A stretch of DNA of 64,000 bases. Source: Verrucomicrobiota bacterium. GTDB lineage: Bacteria; Verrucomicrobiota; Verrucomicrobiia; Verrucomicrobiales; DEV007. The notes under the pieces were generated by a model. The model saw nothing but the letters and a program-made list of their open reading frames with translations, made no database searches and was not told where the DNA came from. The stretch covers positions 1 through 64,000 of the forward strand of contig JASFYY010000073.1 of assembly GCA_045046875.1 (NCBI GenBank), written 5' to 3'. The position numbers and the translations under genes were made by a program. Numbering within the stretch: position 1 is the stretch's first letter; the number at the start of each line of letters is the position of its first letter. Positions 28,650-37,698 of this stretch are shown piece after piece.

Positions 28650-30257
28650 TTAAGGCTGATCCGGCATTGCCTGCCAATTATCCGTTCGGAAAGGGGATGC
28701 CGGTAATTTTTCCACATTATAAAAATTAATCTTCTCAGGATTATTTGACCAGGCATAACGCACGGCACGGGGCTGCGGCACCTTTTCACTACGCACCATC
28801 AAGGTGTTCTTACCGACAATCACAGTTTCGGCTTCGACAAATACCCCATCCGCTCCGGCAATCGTAAAATGACGCAGTGATTGCCCGTCAGAGCTTTTCA
28901 GCCCACCTCCGCTATGATCAAATTTCAACTCGATCCCAGTCCCCTTGACCTCCATTGCCTTGTAAATCGGTCCCGAATAAACCAAGTCCTGATGGTAAAC
29001 ATTGCCCCGCGCAAAACGGGCCAAACGCTCGCCCACCGGTGTTTTATCCCTCGGGTGAATATTCTCCGCCTCGCCAACATCAATCGCCACCACCATGCCA
29101 GTGTTTTTGCCCTGCTGCCAAAAATTAAGCATCTGCTCGCGAATCACCGGCCAGCCCTGCTTATGCCCTCCGGCAAAATTAGGTAACTGAACCAGGTAAA
29201 AAGGGAAATCCCTACGTGCCGATTCGGGCGGCATTTGACTGACCCAATCCTGTCGCCAGTCTTCGACCAAAGCCAACATCAGTTCCTGGTAATGTGAGGT
29301 GAAAGGCGGGCGGGAATTTGCCTCCCCCTGATACCAAATCGCCCCCTGAATCGAATAAGGCTGCAAAGGCGCGATCATCGCATTATAGAGACCGGTCGGA
29401 CGTTTGACATGATCCGGCCCCAAAGGTGCTCGTGGCGCCCGCTCCTTTTTATGCACTCCCACGCGTTTAGCCTCTGCCACATTCTCTTTCCAAGCTTTTA
29501 ATTGCCCGTCATACTTCAGCTTCGCCCGCGGGTAATTTTTCACCGCAAGATCAAAATGCTCACGGCTGTCTTTTGCCACCGGATCCTTTTGATAAGTCTC
29601 ATTATTGATCCAGGAATACGCATTGGTTCCGCCCATAGCGCTTTGAATCAATCCCACCGGGATCTTCAAATCACGGTTCAAGGCACGTCCAAAGTAAAAC
29701 CCCGCCGCAGAAAATCTCGCCACCGTTTTCCCGTCACACAGCGCCCAAAGTGCATCCACCTTGGACTGCCTTTCATCCTCACCTCGAACCGGCACCCGAA
29801 ACAAACGAATCAGCGGATAAGCTCCCTCTTCCGCCTGTTTCACCGTTTCTTCATGATCCAGGGAATTCGACACCGTCCAGCCCATGTTTGATTGCCCCGA
29901 ACACAACCACACCTCTCCCACCAACACATCTTTGACCTCCAGCTTTTCATCCCCCATCGTCACCGTCATCACCGCCCCTTCGGCGTTCGCAGGCAAAGAC
30001 TTCAAAACTACCATCCAACGACCATTCGCGGCTGCTTTGCTCTGCACCTTTTGTCCGGCAAAATCAACCGTCACCTGCTTGCCCGCATCCGCCTCACCCC
30101 AAATCGGCACCGGCAGATCCCTCTGCAACACCACATGGTCAGTGAACAAAGCATGCAGCTTCAACTCCGCTTTCAGCTCTACCGCCGCAACGGCAAAAAA
30201 CAACACAAACAGAACCAGCGCCTGACGCCCCCTCATTAATCGATGCTTAAATTTCAT
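28650..30257 (-). CDS. Sialate O-acetylesterase (SASA family)
   Basis: GEVWLCSGQSNM, WYQGEAN, IHPRDK, AVRYAW, PASPFRTD. Confidence 0.9.
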   Translation of the reverse strand: MKFKHRLMRGRQALVLFVLFFAVAAVELKAELKLHALFTDHVVLQRDLPVPIWGEADAGKQVTVDFAGQKVQSKAAANGRWMVVLKSLPANAEGAVMTVTMGDEKLEVKDVLVGEVWLCSGQSNMGWTVSNSLDHEETVKQAEEGAYPLIRLFRVPVRGEDERQSKVDALWALCDGKTVARFSAAGFYFGRALNRDLKIPVGLIQSAMGGTNAYSWINNETYQKDPVAKDSREHFDLAVKNYPRAKLKYDGQLKAWKENVAEAKRVGVHKKERAPRAPLGPDHVKRPTGLYNAMIAPLQPYSIQGAIWYQGEANSRPPFTSHYQELMLALVEDWRQDWVSQMPPESARRDFPFYLVQLPNFAGGHKQGWPVIREQMLNFWQQGKNTGMVVAIDVGEAENIHPRDKTPVGERLARFARGNVYHQDLVYSGPIYKAMEVKGTGIELKFDHSGGGLKSSDGQSLRHFTIAGADGVFVEAETVIVGKNTLMVRSEKVPQPRAVRYAWSNNPEKINFYNVEKLPASPFRTDNWQAMPDQP

Positions 30258-30320
30258 ATCAGCTAATTTCCAAAAATATGAGGGAAAGTCACGCTAAAAA
30301 TGCAATTTGAAGCTCCCTAT

Positions 30321-30550
30321 TGTAGGGCGACCGCCCCGGTTGCCCTGCTATCATCCGCTCCAGCAAGAGCTTATTGGATTTTGGGAGTAATAGAGAACCA
30401 CCAATGGACACCAATAAACACGAATGAGAGAGAAGAATTCGCAACGTAGCTCGGGTGTCCCCACCCGACGAAAGCGGCAGGAGACGGGGTTTCGCTTTAC
30501 AAATGGTGGTCGCGCAAAAAGGGGATGGCAAACGAAGCGCTCGCCCTACA
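30321..30550. repeat. Inverted pair of GTAG-type REPs enclosing other degenerate repeats
   Basis: tgtagggcgaccgccccggttgccc (30321-30345) and ggcaaacgaagcgctcgccctaca (30527-30550). Confidence 0.7.
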
Positions 30551-30562
30551 ACCCATCCCTAA

Positions 30563-31792
30563 TCAATCCCGGCGGCTCTTCTCCTTCAAAGCCCGCTGTT
30601 GAGTGCGGCGAAAACGAGTCAGCAAATACTCCAACACCGTTTTTTTCCCTGACAAAATATCAACCTCAGTGATCATCCCTGGAATGATCGGCTTTGACTC
30701 ACCTTCGAACATCAAGGCACTCTCATGCGTCCTAACCTTGATCTTATAAAAACTTTCCCCGCGCTCATTGGTCATCGTATCCACTCCGATTCGCTCCACT
30801 TTCCCATCCAAGCCCCCATACGAACCAAAATCATAAGCAGTGATTTTAACCACCGCATCCTGACCGGGGAAAATCGAAGCGATGTCCGATGGTTTCACAT
30901 CCGCTTCAATCAACAGCGTATCCTCCAACGGCACGATTTCCATAATATCCTCTCCCGCCTTGATCACCCGCCCCACCGTATTGATGTGAATTTTATTCAC
31001 CGTGCCTCTGACCGGCGAACGGATTTCCGTCCTCACCACTCGATCCTGGAAACCTTTGATCGACTCCAGCAAAGCTTCCAACATCGCCTTGGAGCTGTCA
31101 TGCTCCTCCAAAGCCCCTTTCTGATAGAGACTGGTTCGCGACTCAATCGTGCCCTCGCGCTCATTGATTTCCCGCTCCAAACGCAGCACTTCAATTTCAG
31201 AAATCGCTCCTGACTCCATCAGCGGTTTCATCATATTAATTTCTTTCTCCGCCAAATCCAAACCACGCTGCAAGGTCGCCAAGCCACCCTCCAAATCATC
31301 CCGACGCTTCATGAACAACTGCTTCTCACTTTTCACCAAATCCGGACGCTCCTTCACCATGTGCTCAGGAAATTTCACCGCCTTCTCCCCTTCTGCTTCC
31401 GCCATCAAACGGATCATTCTGGCCTGCAACGCATCCCGTCGCGACATGCTCTCTTTGTAGGCCGACCCGATCACCGTATCATCAATTTTCAACAACAACT
31501 GCCCCTTCTCCACCACCTCACCCTCCGCCACTTTGATGTCCTTGATAATCCCTCCCTCCAAACTCTGGATCAGTTGCACTGAAGATGACGGAATCACCTT
31601 GCCCATGCCCCGCACCACCTGTTCGAGATTAGCTTTGGATGCCCACACCACCATCACCACCACAAAAATCACCATCAAATACAACAGACCATTGGCCCAT
31701 CGCATTTTTTCTCCCGCCAACAGCGCACGACAGTCCGCCGCGTAATCAAAATCATCACTGTGCAGGGATTGGTGTTTTGCTGGTTTAGCCAT
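30563..31792 (-). CDS. HlyD-family type I secretion periplasmic adaptor (LapC-like)
   Basis: Single TM, GKVIPS..QLIQSLEGG, IRSPVRG, VKITAYDF..YGGLDG, PGM...DI..GKKTVLEYL. Confidence 0.93.
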   Translation of the reverse strand: MAKPAKHQSLHSDDFDYAADCRALLAGEKMRWANGLLYLMVIFVVVMVVWASKANLEQVVRGMGKVIPSSSVQLIQSLEGGIIKDIKVAEGEVVEKGQLLLKIDDTVIGSAYKESMSRRDALQARMIRLMAEAEGEKAVKFPEHMVKERPDLVKSEKQLFMKRRDDLEGGLATLQRGLDLAEKEINMMKPLMESGAISEIEVLRLEREINEREGTIESRTSLYQKGALEEHDSSKAMLEALLESIKGFQDRVVRTEIRSPVRGTVNKIHINTVGRVIKAGEDIMEIVPLEDTLLIEADVKPSDIASIFPGQDAVVKITAYDFGSYGGLDGKVERIGVDTMTNERGESFYKIKVRTHESALMFEGESKPIIPGMITEVDILSGKKTVLEYLLTRFRRTQQRALKEKSRRD

Positions 31793-31847
31793 GAGTTTAT
31801 GAAGGAAACAGAATTAAGAATTACACCACATCACAAGAAAGTATTAT

Positions 31848-31940
31848 AACCACGGATTTCACTGATGACACAGATAAGGAATAGGAATTCAGGTTGAAAA
31901 AACAATACAAATCAGTGTTTATCAGTGCTCATCAGTGGTT
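31848..31940. repeat. Palindromic intergenic element, same family as 20797-20969
   Basis: aaccacggatttcactgatgacacagat ... atcagtgtttatcagtgctcatcagtggtt, built from 9-10 bp cactgat/atcagtg subunits. Confidence 0.75.
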
Positions 31941-31986
31941 CTATTCCTCAATTAAAAATTGTCAGGCAAGGTGAATTCAAAATATT

Positions 31987-34176
31987 TTATTGGTCCGGTT
32001 TTGCTCCCCCTTGAATTTTTGCCAGGACCTCCTGCTTGGGGCCGTTGGCCACGATACGACCATCATCCAAAATGATGATCCGATCCACCAAAGCCAGTAA
32101 ACTTGGTTTGTGCGTCGCCAGGACCAAGGTGCGGCGGGAATTTTCATTCAAATAACTCAACACATCCTGACTGAACTCACGTTCCGCAGTAGAATCCATA
32201 CCACTGGTGGGTTCATCAAACAGCAACAAATCCGGCTCCGTAAGCAAAGCCCGCGCCAGCACCACACACTGCCGTTGACCGCCTGAAAGCATCGAACCTC
32301 GCTCACCCACCGGTCGGTCATAACCCATCGGGTGATTCTCAACAAATTTATTCACCCCCGTACGTCCGGCGGCTTTTTTCAAAGGCTCGTCACCGCTCCA
32401 CGGGGAACCCATCAAAATATTGTCCTTGATCGAGCCATAAAACAACGTGGCCTCCTGCGGCACATAACCCGCTTGTCGCCGAATTTCTGAAGGATTGAGC
32501 TGGGTGATGTCTGTGCCGCTGATTTTTAACAAACCTCCACTGGGTTGGTAAAATTTCATCAACATCCGTAACATCGTGCTTTTGCCCGAACCAATCTTGC
32601 CCAGTATCGCTACTCGCTCGCCCGGCTTGATATGAAACGAAACCTCTTTCAGCGCTGCCACCTTCTGCCCCGGATAAGCAAACGACACCTCCTTGAAATC
32701 AATCTCAGGACGGAAATCCGGACGGCTCACATGCTGCTGCCCTGGAGCCCGTTCACGTGGCATTTTCATGATCTGGTTCAGACCATGCAGCGCCGTCATC
32801 GACTGCTGCAAGCGGGTCAACAATCCCGCCACCTTGGCCAGCGGAGCCAAACCACGTCCACTCAGAATCACACAGGCGATCATCGCCCCCTGGGTCATGT
32901 TACCCTCCTTGATCTCATAAACCGAAACCACCACCACCCCGATCGTAACCATGTGATGAATAAAACTGGTCATGGTCGTTGCCAACGAAGAATACCAGCG
33001 CGACTTGACCTCCAACTCAGCCGACTCCCGCACACACTCTTCAATCCGTCTCTGAAAGTTTGCCTCTGCCGATGCGCCTTTCACCGCTTCCAGACCAGTG
33101 ATCATTTCCACCAGCAAAGCGTGCCGTTGCATACCTGTTTGATAGGAAGATTTCACCGCATGTTTCAAGGGGAACTGCAACAACAGCCCCATCGCCAATA
33201 CGAGCACCGCTGCAGACAGCGGAACCAATGCCACCGCGGTGCCGCCAATCACAAAAACCAAGTAGACAAACAAAAACACAAAGGGCAAATCGATCAACGC
33301 CACCATCGTCGCCGAAGTGAAAAACTCGCGCAACGACTCATAAGCCCGCGCCTGATTGGCAAACGCTCCCGACGAAGCTGGTTTGGCCGACATCTCAATG
33401 CCGAGAATCTGCTCATACAAAGCACTCGCCATCAACACATCCGCACGTTTCCCTGCCCGGTCGATAAAATAACCACGCAGCATACGGATCAAAAACTCAA
33501 AACCAAACACAATCGACGCGCCCACCGCGAGTACCGTCAAAGTCTCCATTGCTTGGTTCGGCACCACCCGATCATAAGTCGTCATTATGAAAATCGGACT
33601 GGCGATCGCAAACAGATTGATCAGAATCGAAGCCGGAATCAACTTGATATACAATTTTTTGAATCGCCACAGCGTACCCCAGAACCACGACGAAGCACGC
33701 GGCACCACCTTGAGATCCGCCCGCTCTTCATAATCAAACTTGGGTTTGAGAAAAATGGCGTAACCGGTGTAGCTTTTTTTCAACTCCTTCAACGACACCG
33801 TGGTGGAACCATCATCGATATCAGGTGAAATCACTTCGGCCTGGACCCCATCATGTTTGGTCAATACACAGGCATGACCCTCTTCCAAAATCAGCACCAC
33901 GGGTAAAATCAAATCGGAAATCTTACGCAGAGGGCGTCGCACCAATTTAGCCGTCAAACCACCGCGATCGGCCGCGCGAATAAACAAATCCGGAGTCAAT
34001 CGATTATCGACCAAGGGCAAGCCCATCGTCACCGAATCCCGTGACAACGCTTTGCCATGCAACTTTCCCGCCACCATCAAACAATCCAACAAAGGGTCGT
34101 GATGCTCAATGGGTTCCTCCGCATTTTCAGCAGGTTCACCTTCGGAATCGGCACTTATTGTTTCAACTTCAGCCAC
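31987..34176 (-). CDS. Type I secretion ABC transporter with C39-like domain (LapB/LssB-type)
   Basis: DPLLDCL..GLPL C39-like N-terminus, YDRVVPNQA, GKIGSGKST, LSGGQRQ, LFDEPTS. Confidence 0.93.
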   Translation of the reverse strand: MAEVETISADSEGEPAENAEEPIEHHDPLLDCLMVAGKLHGKALSRDSVTMGLPLVDNRLTPDLFIRAADRGGLTAKLVRRPLRKISDLILPVVLILEEGHACVLTKHDGVQAEVISPDIDDGSTTVSLKELKKSYTGYAIFLKPKFDYEERADLKVVPRASSWFWGTLWRFKKLYIKLIPASILINLFAIASPIFIMTTYDRVVPNQAMETLTVLAVGASIVFGFEFLIRMLRGYFIDRAGKRADVLMASALYEQILGIEMSAKPASSGAFANQARAYESLREFFTSATMVALIDLPFVFLFVYLVFVIGGTAVALVPLSAAVLVLAMGLLLQFPLKHAVKSSYQTGMQRHALLVEMITGLEAVKGASAEANFQRRIEECVRESAELEVKSRWYSSLATTMTSFIHHMVTIGVVVVSVYEIKEGNMTQGAMIACVILSGRGLAPLAKVAGLLTRLQQSMTALHGLNQIMKMPRERAPGQQHVSRPDFRPEIDFKEVSFAYPGQKVAALKEVSFHIKPGERVAILGKIGSGKSTMLRMLMKFYQPSGGLLKISGTDITQLNPSEIRRQAGYVPQEATLFYGSIKDNILMGSPWSGDEPLKKAAGRTGVNKFVENHPMGYDRPVGERGSMLSGGQRQCVVLARALLTEPDLLLFDEPTSGMDSTAEREFSQDVLSYLNENSRRTLVLATHKPSLLALVDRIIILDDGRIVANGPKQEVLAKIQGGAKPDQ

Positions 34177-34359
34177 AGCTTATGATAAATAACATTAAAG
34201 AAATAAATCTAATGCAGAATAGCCACTGACGCTATCGCATATATCTTTTTTTAACAGTCCGAAAAGACATTCAGTTCCGGCAATAAAAGTTGAATACCAT
34301 TTGTGCTTGCCCCTTTCACCCACAGATTACAAACTCCAACCCTTCCAAGGCTAATAATC

Positions 34360-35160
34360 ATGTATTTTGAGGAACTGACAAAACGAATTGGCGGATCGCA
34401 GGTGAATTATCACTTCAATTTTTCTTTGAAGAACAAGTATCTTTATGTGCAAACATCCAAATGTGCCTGCACCTATCTGAAAACCAGCCTGAGCAGAATA
34501 GAACTGGCTCCCGAAGTATTTTTTTCCCCCCACTACCGCTACACCCATCTTGATAATATCTACAAAGACGCCTTGGGAGGATCGCCCCACCGCCCGGTGA
34601 ACAACTCCTGTTTTGTCAAACCTTACCAATTGGGGATTCAGGCCTTTGATGAACTGATCGCCAACCCTGATTTTTTTAAATTTGCCGTTTTGCGCAACCC
34701 ATACAGCCGAATTTTATCCGCCTATCTGGATACCGTGAAAGGTCGCCGCCCCCCCTTGCGCTCGGTAAAAAGTTACATCGCGCAAATCAAAAATGTGCCC
34801 ACCGATCAACTCCATTTCTCAGAGATCACCTTCCTGGATTTTTTGCGTGGTTTAAAATCCCAAGTCGAACAAAGTGGCTGGCAGGAAGTTGACCAACATT
34901 ATCGTCAACAAAGTTTTCACATCTCCGACGACATCATTCCCTATTCCAAACTCTACCGGGTAGAAGAATTCTCCAACGCGCTGGAAGACTTGTCCACCAG
35001 ATTAAAAAGCCCTCTGGCAGAGGTCAGCCGGGGTTCGCATACCACCAATGCCAAAGACAAAATAAATAACTACTACGCCAAACAAGAATCCCGCGACATT
35101 GTCGAATCCCTTTACCAAAAAGATCTCGACCGATTTGATTACAGCTTCCCGGAGTCTTGA
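34360..35160 (+). CDS. Sulfotransferase (Sulfotransfer_2 family)
   Basis: PAPS-binding motifs YVQTSKCACT and VLRNPYSRILSAY, HYRQQ, terminal Y..D..RFDY; ATG 34360 preferred. Confidence 0.85.
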   Translation: MYFEELTKRIGGSQVNYHFNFSLKNKYLYVQTSKCACTYLKTSLSRIELAPEVFFSPHYRYTHLDNIYKDALGGSPHRPVNNSCFVKPYQLGIQAFDELIANPDFFKFAVLRNPYSRILSAYLDTVKGRRPPLRSVKSYIAQIKNVPTDQLHFSEITFLDFLRGLKSQVEQSGWQEVDQHYRQQSFHISDDIIPYSKLYRVEEFSNALEDLSTRLKSPLAEVSRGSHTTNAKDKINNYYAKQESRDIVESLYQKDLDRFDYSFPES

Positions 35161-35202
35161 CCCATCCGGGAATCAAAGCCGCCTCAATTTGACTTTATTG
35201 AG

Positions 35203-35811
35203 CTAAACTTCTCCCTCCTCCTCGCCAAACCCCAACTTAACCACCAGCACAATTCGCAATCCCATAAAAGCACGCGCCAGAGGTTGCGGGGCATGCAGCA
35301 AATCAGATGGGAAAGTCAGAACCCGATTCCTTCTTGGCATCACCGAATGGGTCACATCCCCCTGGTCATCATAAATCACAGTGGCGCCACTCCAAGCCGG
35401 CTCCCACTTACTCGTCAGATACAAAATAGCAGTCTGTTCACCTTTGCGGTCCGTATCCGTATGTGGCCAACCATCGGTTCCGAAGGTATAAGAATTGAGA
35501 TAGAACCTCAAAATTTTCACCCCTTCGGGAAGCTGCGCGAGCAACCAGTCCTGATATTCGGATAACACCTTGGCCGAATGTTGCCGGACATTCTCCGACA
35601 CACACTTCAAATTCTGCTTATTCCCAAACCCTACTTCATGATGCCAATATCGCGCCGTGGGATTGCTTGGAGTATTCCAACCGTAGCTCCATCGCGCCCG
35701 GCGTGAAAACTGCATCAGTTTTTTAAATAACTCTTCAGGCACCACATCATCGATCACACGAATTTCACCCTGCTTGATAGCTGCAGATTGTTCTTTATTC
35801 ACTTCATCCAT
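35203..35811 (-). CDS. 2OG-Fe(II) oxygenase (prolyl-hydroxylase-like)
   Basis: HTD...H facial triad (PHTD, LLHA), distal R (LRIVLV), W...WSGAT. Confidence 0.85.
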   Translation of the reverse strand: MDEVNKEQSAAIKQGEIRVIDDVVPEELFKKLMQFSRRARWSYGWNTPSNPTARYWHHEVGFGNKQNLKCVSENVRQHSAKVLSEYQDWLLAQLPEGVKILRFYLNSYTFGTDGWPHTDTDRKGEQTAILYLTSKWEPAWSGATVIYDDQGDVTHSVMPRRNRVLTFPSDLLHAPQPLARAFMGLRIVLVVKLGFGEEEGEV

Positions 35812-35875
35812 AATTTATATCTGAATTGTTATACATTACCGATACGCTGGAATATACACAAGCTTGCCCACTCTA

Positions 35876-37504
35876 TTATTTTTTTTGCCCGCCTTCTTCC
35901 GCCTCGGACGCCTCCCGGCTTCGACCATCGACCAAAGCCTGGTTTAAAGTCGCCGCTTCGTCCACCTCTCCCAATTCCAACAGCGTATGCGCCAAATGGG
36001 TCTTTAATAAATTGTTTGCCGGATCCAGCTTCAAAGCTCGACGGAAATATACCAGCGCTTCATCCAAACGCCCCTCTAGATGCAGCAAAGTGCCCAGATT
36101 ATTTAATACCGCTATAGAGTCCGGAGATATTTCGAGAGCTTGCTCAAATTTTTTCACCGCCTGATCCGTTCGTCCCAGCGTTTTTAAAAGCAAACCGTAA
36201 CCATTCAAGGCTGACACATTCTCCCCATCCCACTCCAACCAGCTTTGGTAAACCCCTAGGGCCACCTTGAATCGCTTCAACCTAGCCAACACCACTGCCA
36301 GGGCACGATAGGCATCACTCTTGCCAGGCTGCAATTCAATCGCCTTACGATAGTATGGAATAGCCGCTTCCGCTTGCTTGAATTTCACACAAGCCCCAGC
36401 CAATCCTAAATGCGCGCGATAAAAATCCGGCTGCAATAGCAAAGCTTGCCGATACGAGTCCAGCGCCACTTTTTCACTATTCAAGCCAGTTGCGACCTCC
36501 CCCAGATTGAACCATAAATCCGCACGCCTGGGATCCAACGCCACCGCTTGTTTCAACGCATATCCCGCATTCATCGACTGCCCTGTTTTGTTCAAGATAA
36601 CACTCAGGTTCGTCAAAGCCTCCAGCTGCACAGGGTCATAACTTAAAATATATTCGAATTTCTCAACAGCCAAATTCAACTCGCCCTCCTTCAGCGCCTT
36701 TTTGGCTACCTGCAAAGACTGATCAAAATCCAGCGGAGCCTGCATGAGCGCCTCCACCCCCAACGGCTGCCTCTCTTGAGCAAAAACCTCACGAGCCTCC
36801 TGCTTCATTTTTTCAAAACGCAGATGAGTCTTTTTTTCACTTTCAAAATAGTGGGTTCCCAAATGCCGTCGTTTATTAAATTCACTGCTTCGTTCGGCAC
36901 ATGCTTCATAACGCTGGCGAACGTAGTCCACACCCAGATGGCGGTAATGTAACAAAAACAGATCCGGACGTCGAAACAAGTGCACCCGCCCTTTCGGCTC
37001 ACACACGTGAGAACCCGGTTGATAACCAATCTCTTCGATCGCATTGGGATCAAACAAGACACATTTATCAAAGCTATAAGTCCGTGCCCCTTTGGGATAA
37101 AGTGCTACCAGATCTTCATTCGCTTTCGGCGGGCGGGCGCCCAACATTTCATAACCCTGGGGTTTCAAAACCGTCGCGCCACTTGTTTTCATCGCCTCCA
37201 ATAAAGCGGGTAAATTCGGATGGTATAAAAACTCATCCATATCACAAACAATCACCAAATCCGCCTGCCCCTTGCTCTCCTTCCATGCTTGATTCCTGAT
37301 TCGATCCAGTTTTCCCGTATGCTGCTTACCTCCTGTATCAAAACTGCGCACATCCACTTTTGGCGTTGATTTCAATATCTCCAAACTAGAGTCATCCGAT
37401 TGATTATCAAAAACCACGATGCGATCCACAAAGCTGTAATGCTGCAAAAAATGAGGCAAAATCACCTCTTCGTTCCAACACAATGTATAAAGATGAATTT
37501 TCAC
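35876..37504 (-). CDS. GT2-like glycosyltransferase with C-terminal TPR repeats
   Basis: CWNEE..LPHFLQHY, FDNQSDD, CDMDEFL; several TPR motifs in the C-terminal half. Confidence 0.85.
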   Translation of the reverse strand: MKIHLYTLCWNEEVILPHFLQHYSFVDRIVVFDNQSDDSSLEILKSTPKVDVRSFDTGGKQHTGKLDRIRNQAWKESKGQADLVIVCDMDEFLYHPNLPALLEAMKTSGATVLKPQGYEMLGARPPKANEDLVALYPKGARTYSFDKCVLFDPNAIEEIGYQPGSHVCEPKGRVHLFRRPDLFLLHYRHLGVDYVRQRYEACAERSSEFNKRRHLGTHYFESEKKTHLRFEKMKQEAREVFAQERQPLGVEALMQAPLDFDQSLQVAKKALKEGELNLAVEKFEYILSYDPVQLEALTNLSVILNKTGQSMNAGYALKQAVALDPRRADLWFNLGEVATGLNSEKVALDSYRQALLLQPDFYRAHLGLAGACVKFKQAEAAIPYYRKAIELQPGKSDAYRALAVVLARLKRFKVALGVYQSWLEWDGENVSALNGYGLLLKTLGRTDQAVKKFEQALEISPDSIAVLNNLGTLLHLEGRLDEALVYFRRALKLDPANNLLKTHLAHTLLELGEVDEAATLNQALVDGRSREASEAEEGGQKK

Positions 37505-37545
37505 TCTTAGCCTTATTTTCTAGACCCTTTTTCAACCTGTCACCA

Positions 37546-37610
37546 GGCAAGCGAAGCGTCCGCCCTACAATGTACCATACCACATTTGTAGGGCGGGCGC
37601 TTCGTCTGCC
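37546..37610. repeat. REP doublet (inverted GTAG REPs)
   Basis: ggcaagcgaagcgtccgccctaca (37546-37569) and tgtagggcgggcgcttcgtctgcc (37587-37610). Confidence 0.8.
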
Positions 37611-37646
37611 TCGCCACACCTCTCACCAATCACCATCCGACAAAAC

Positions 37647-37673
37647 AAAAAACACCGCCAAGGCGGTGTTTTT
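37647..37673. terminator. Intrinsic terminator downstream of the TolC gene (bidirectional-looking)
   Basis: aaaaaacaccgcc-aa-ggcggtgttttt. Confidence 0.75.
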
Positions 37674-37698
37674 CATTCCATTTTCTCTCAAAGAAAAC

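Noticed and set aside
32632..33828. Long antisense ORF (398 aa) and similar shadow ORFs across the window
   Set aside because: They lie opposite well-supported genes and have no recognisable motifs
31987..34176. Bacteriocin/RiPP peptidase-exporter
   Set aside because: The N-domain looks like the non-catalytic LapB-type C39-like domain; no double-glycine precursor was found and a large RTX substrate is present
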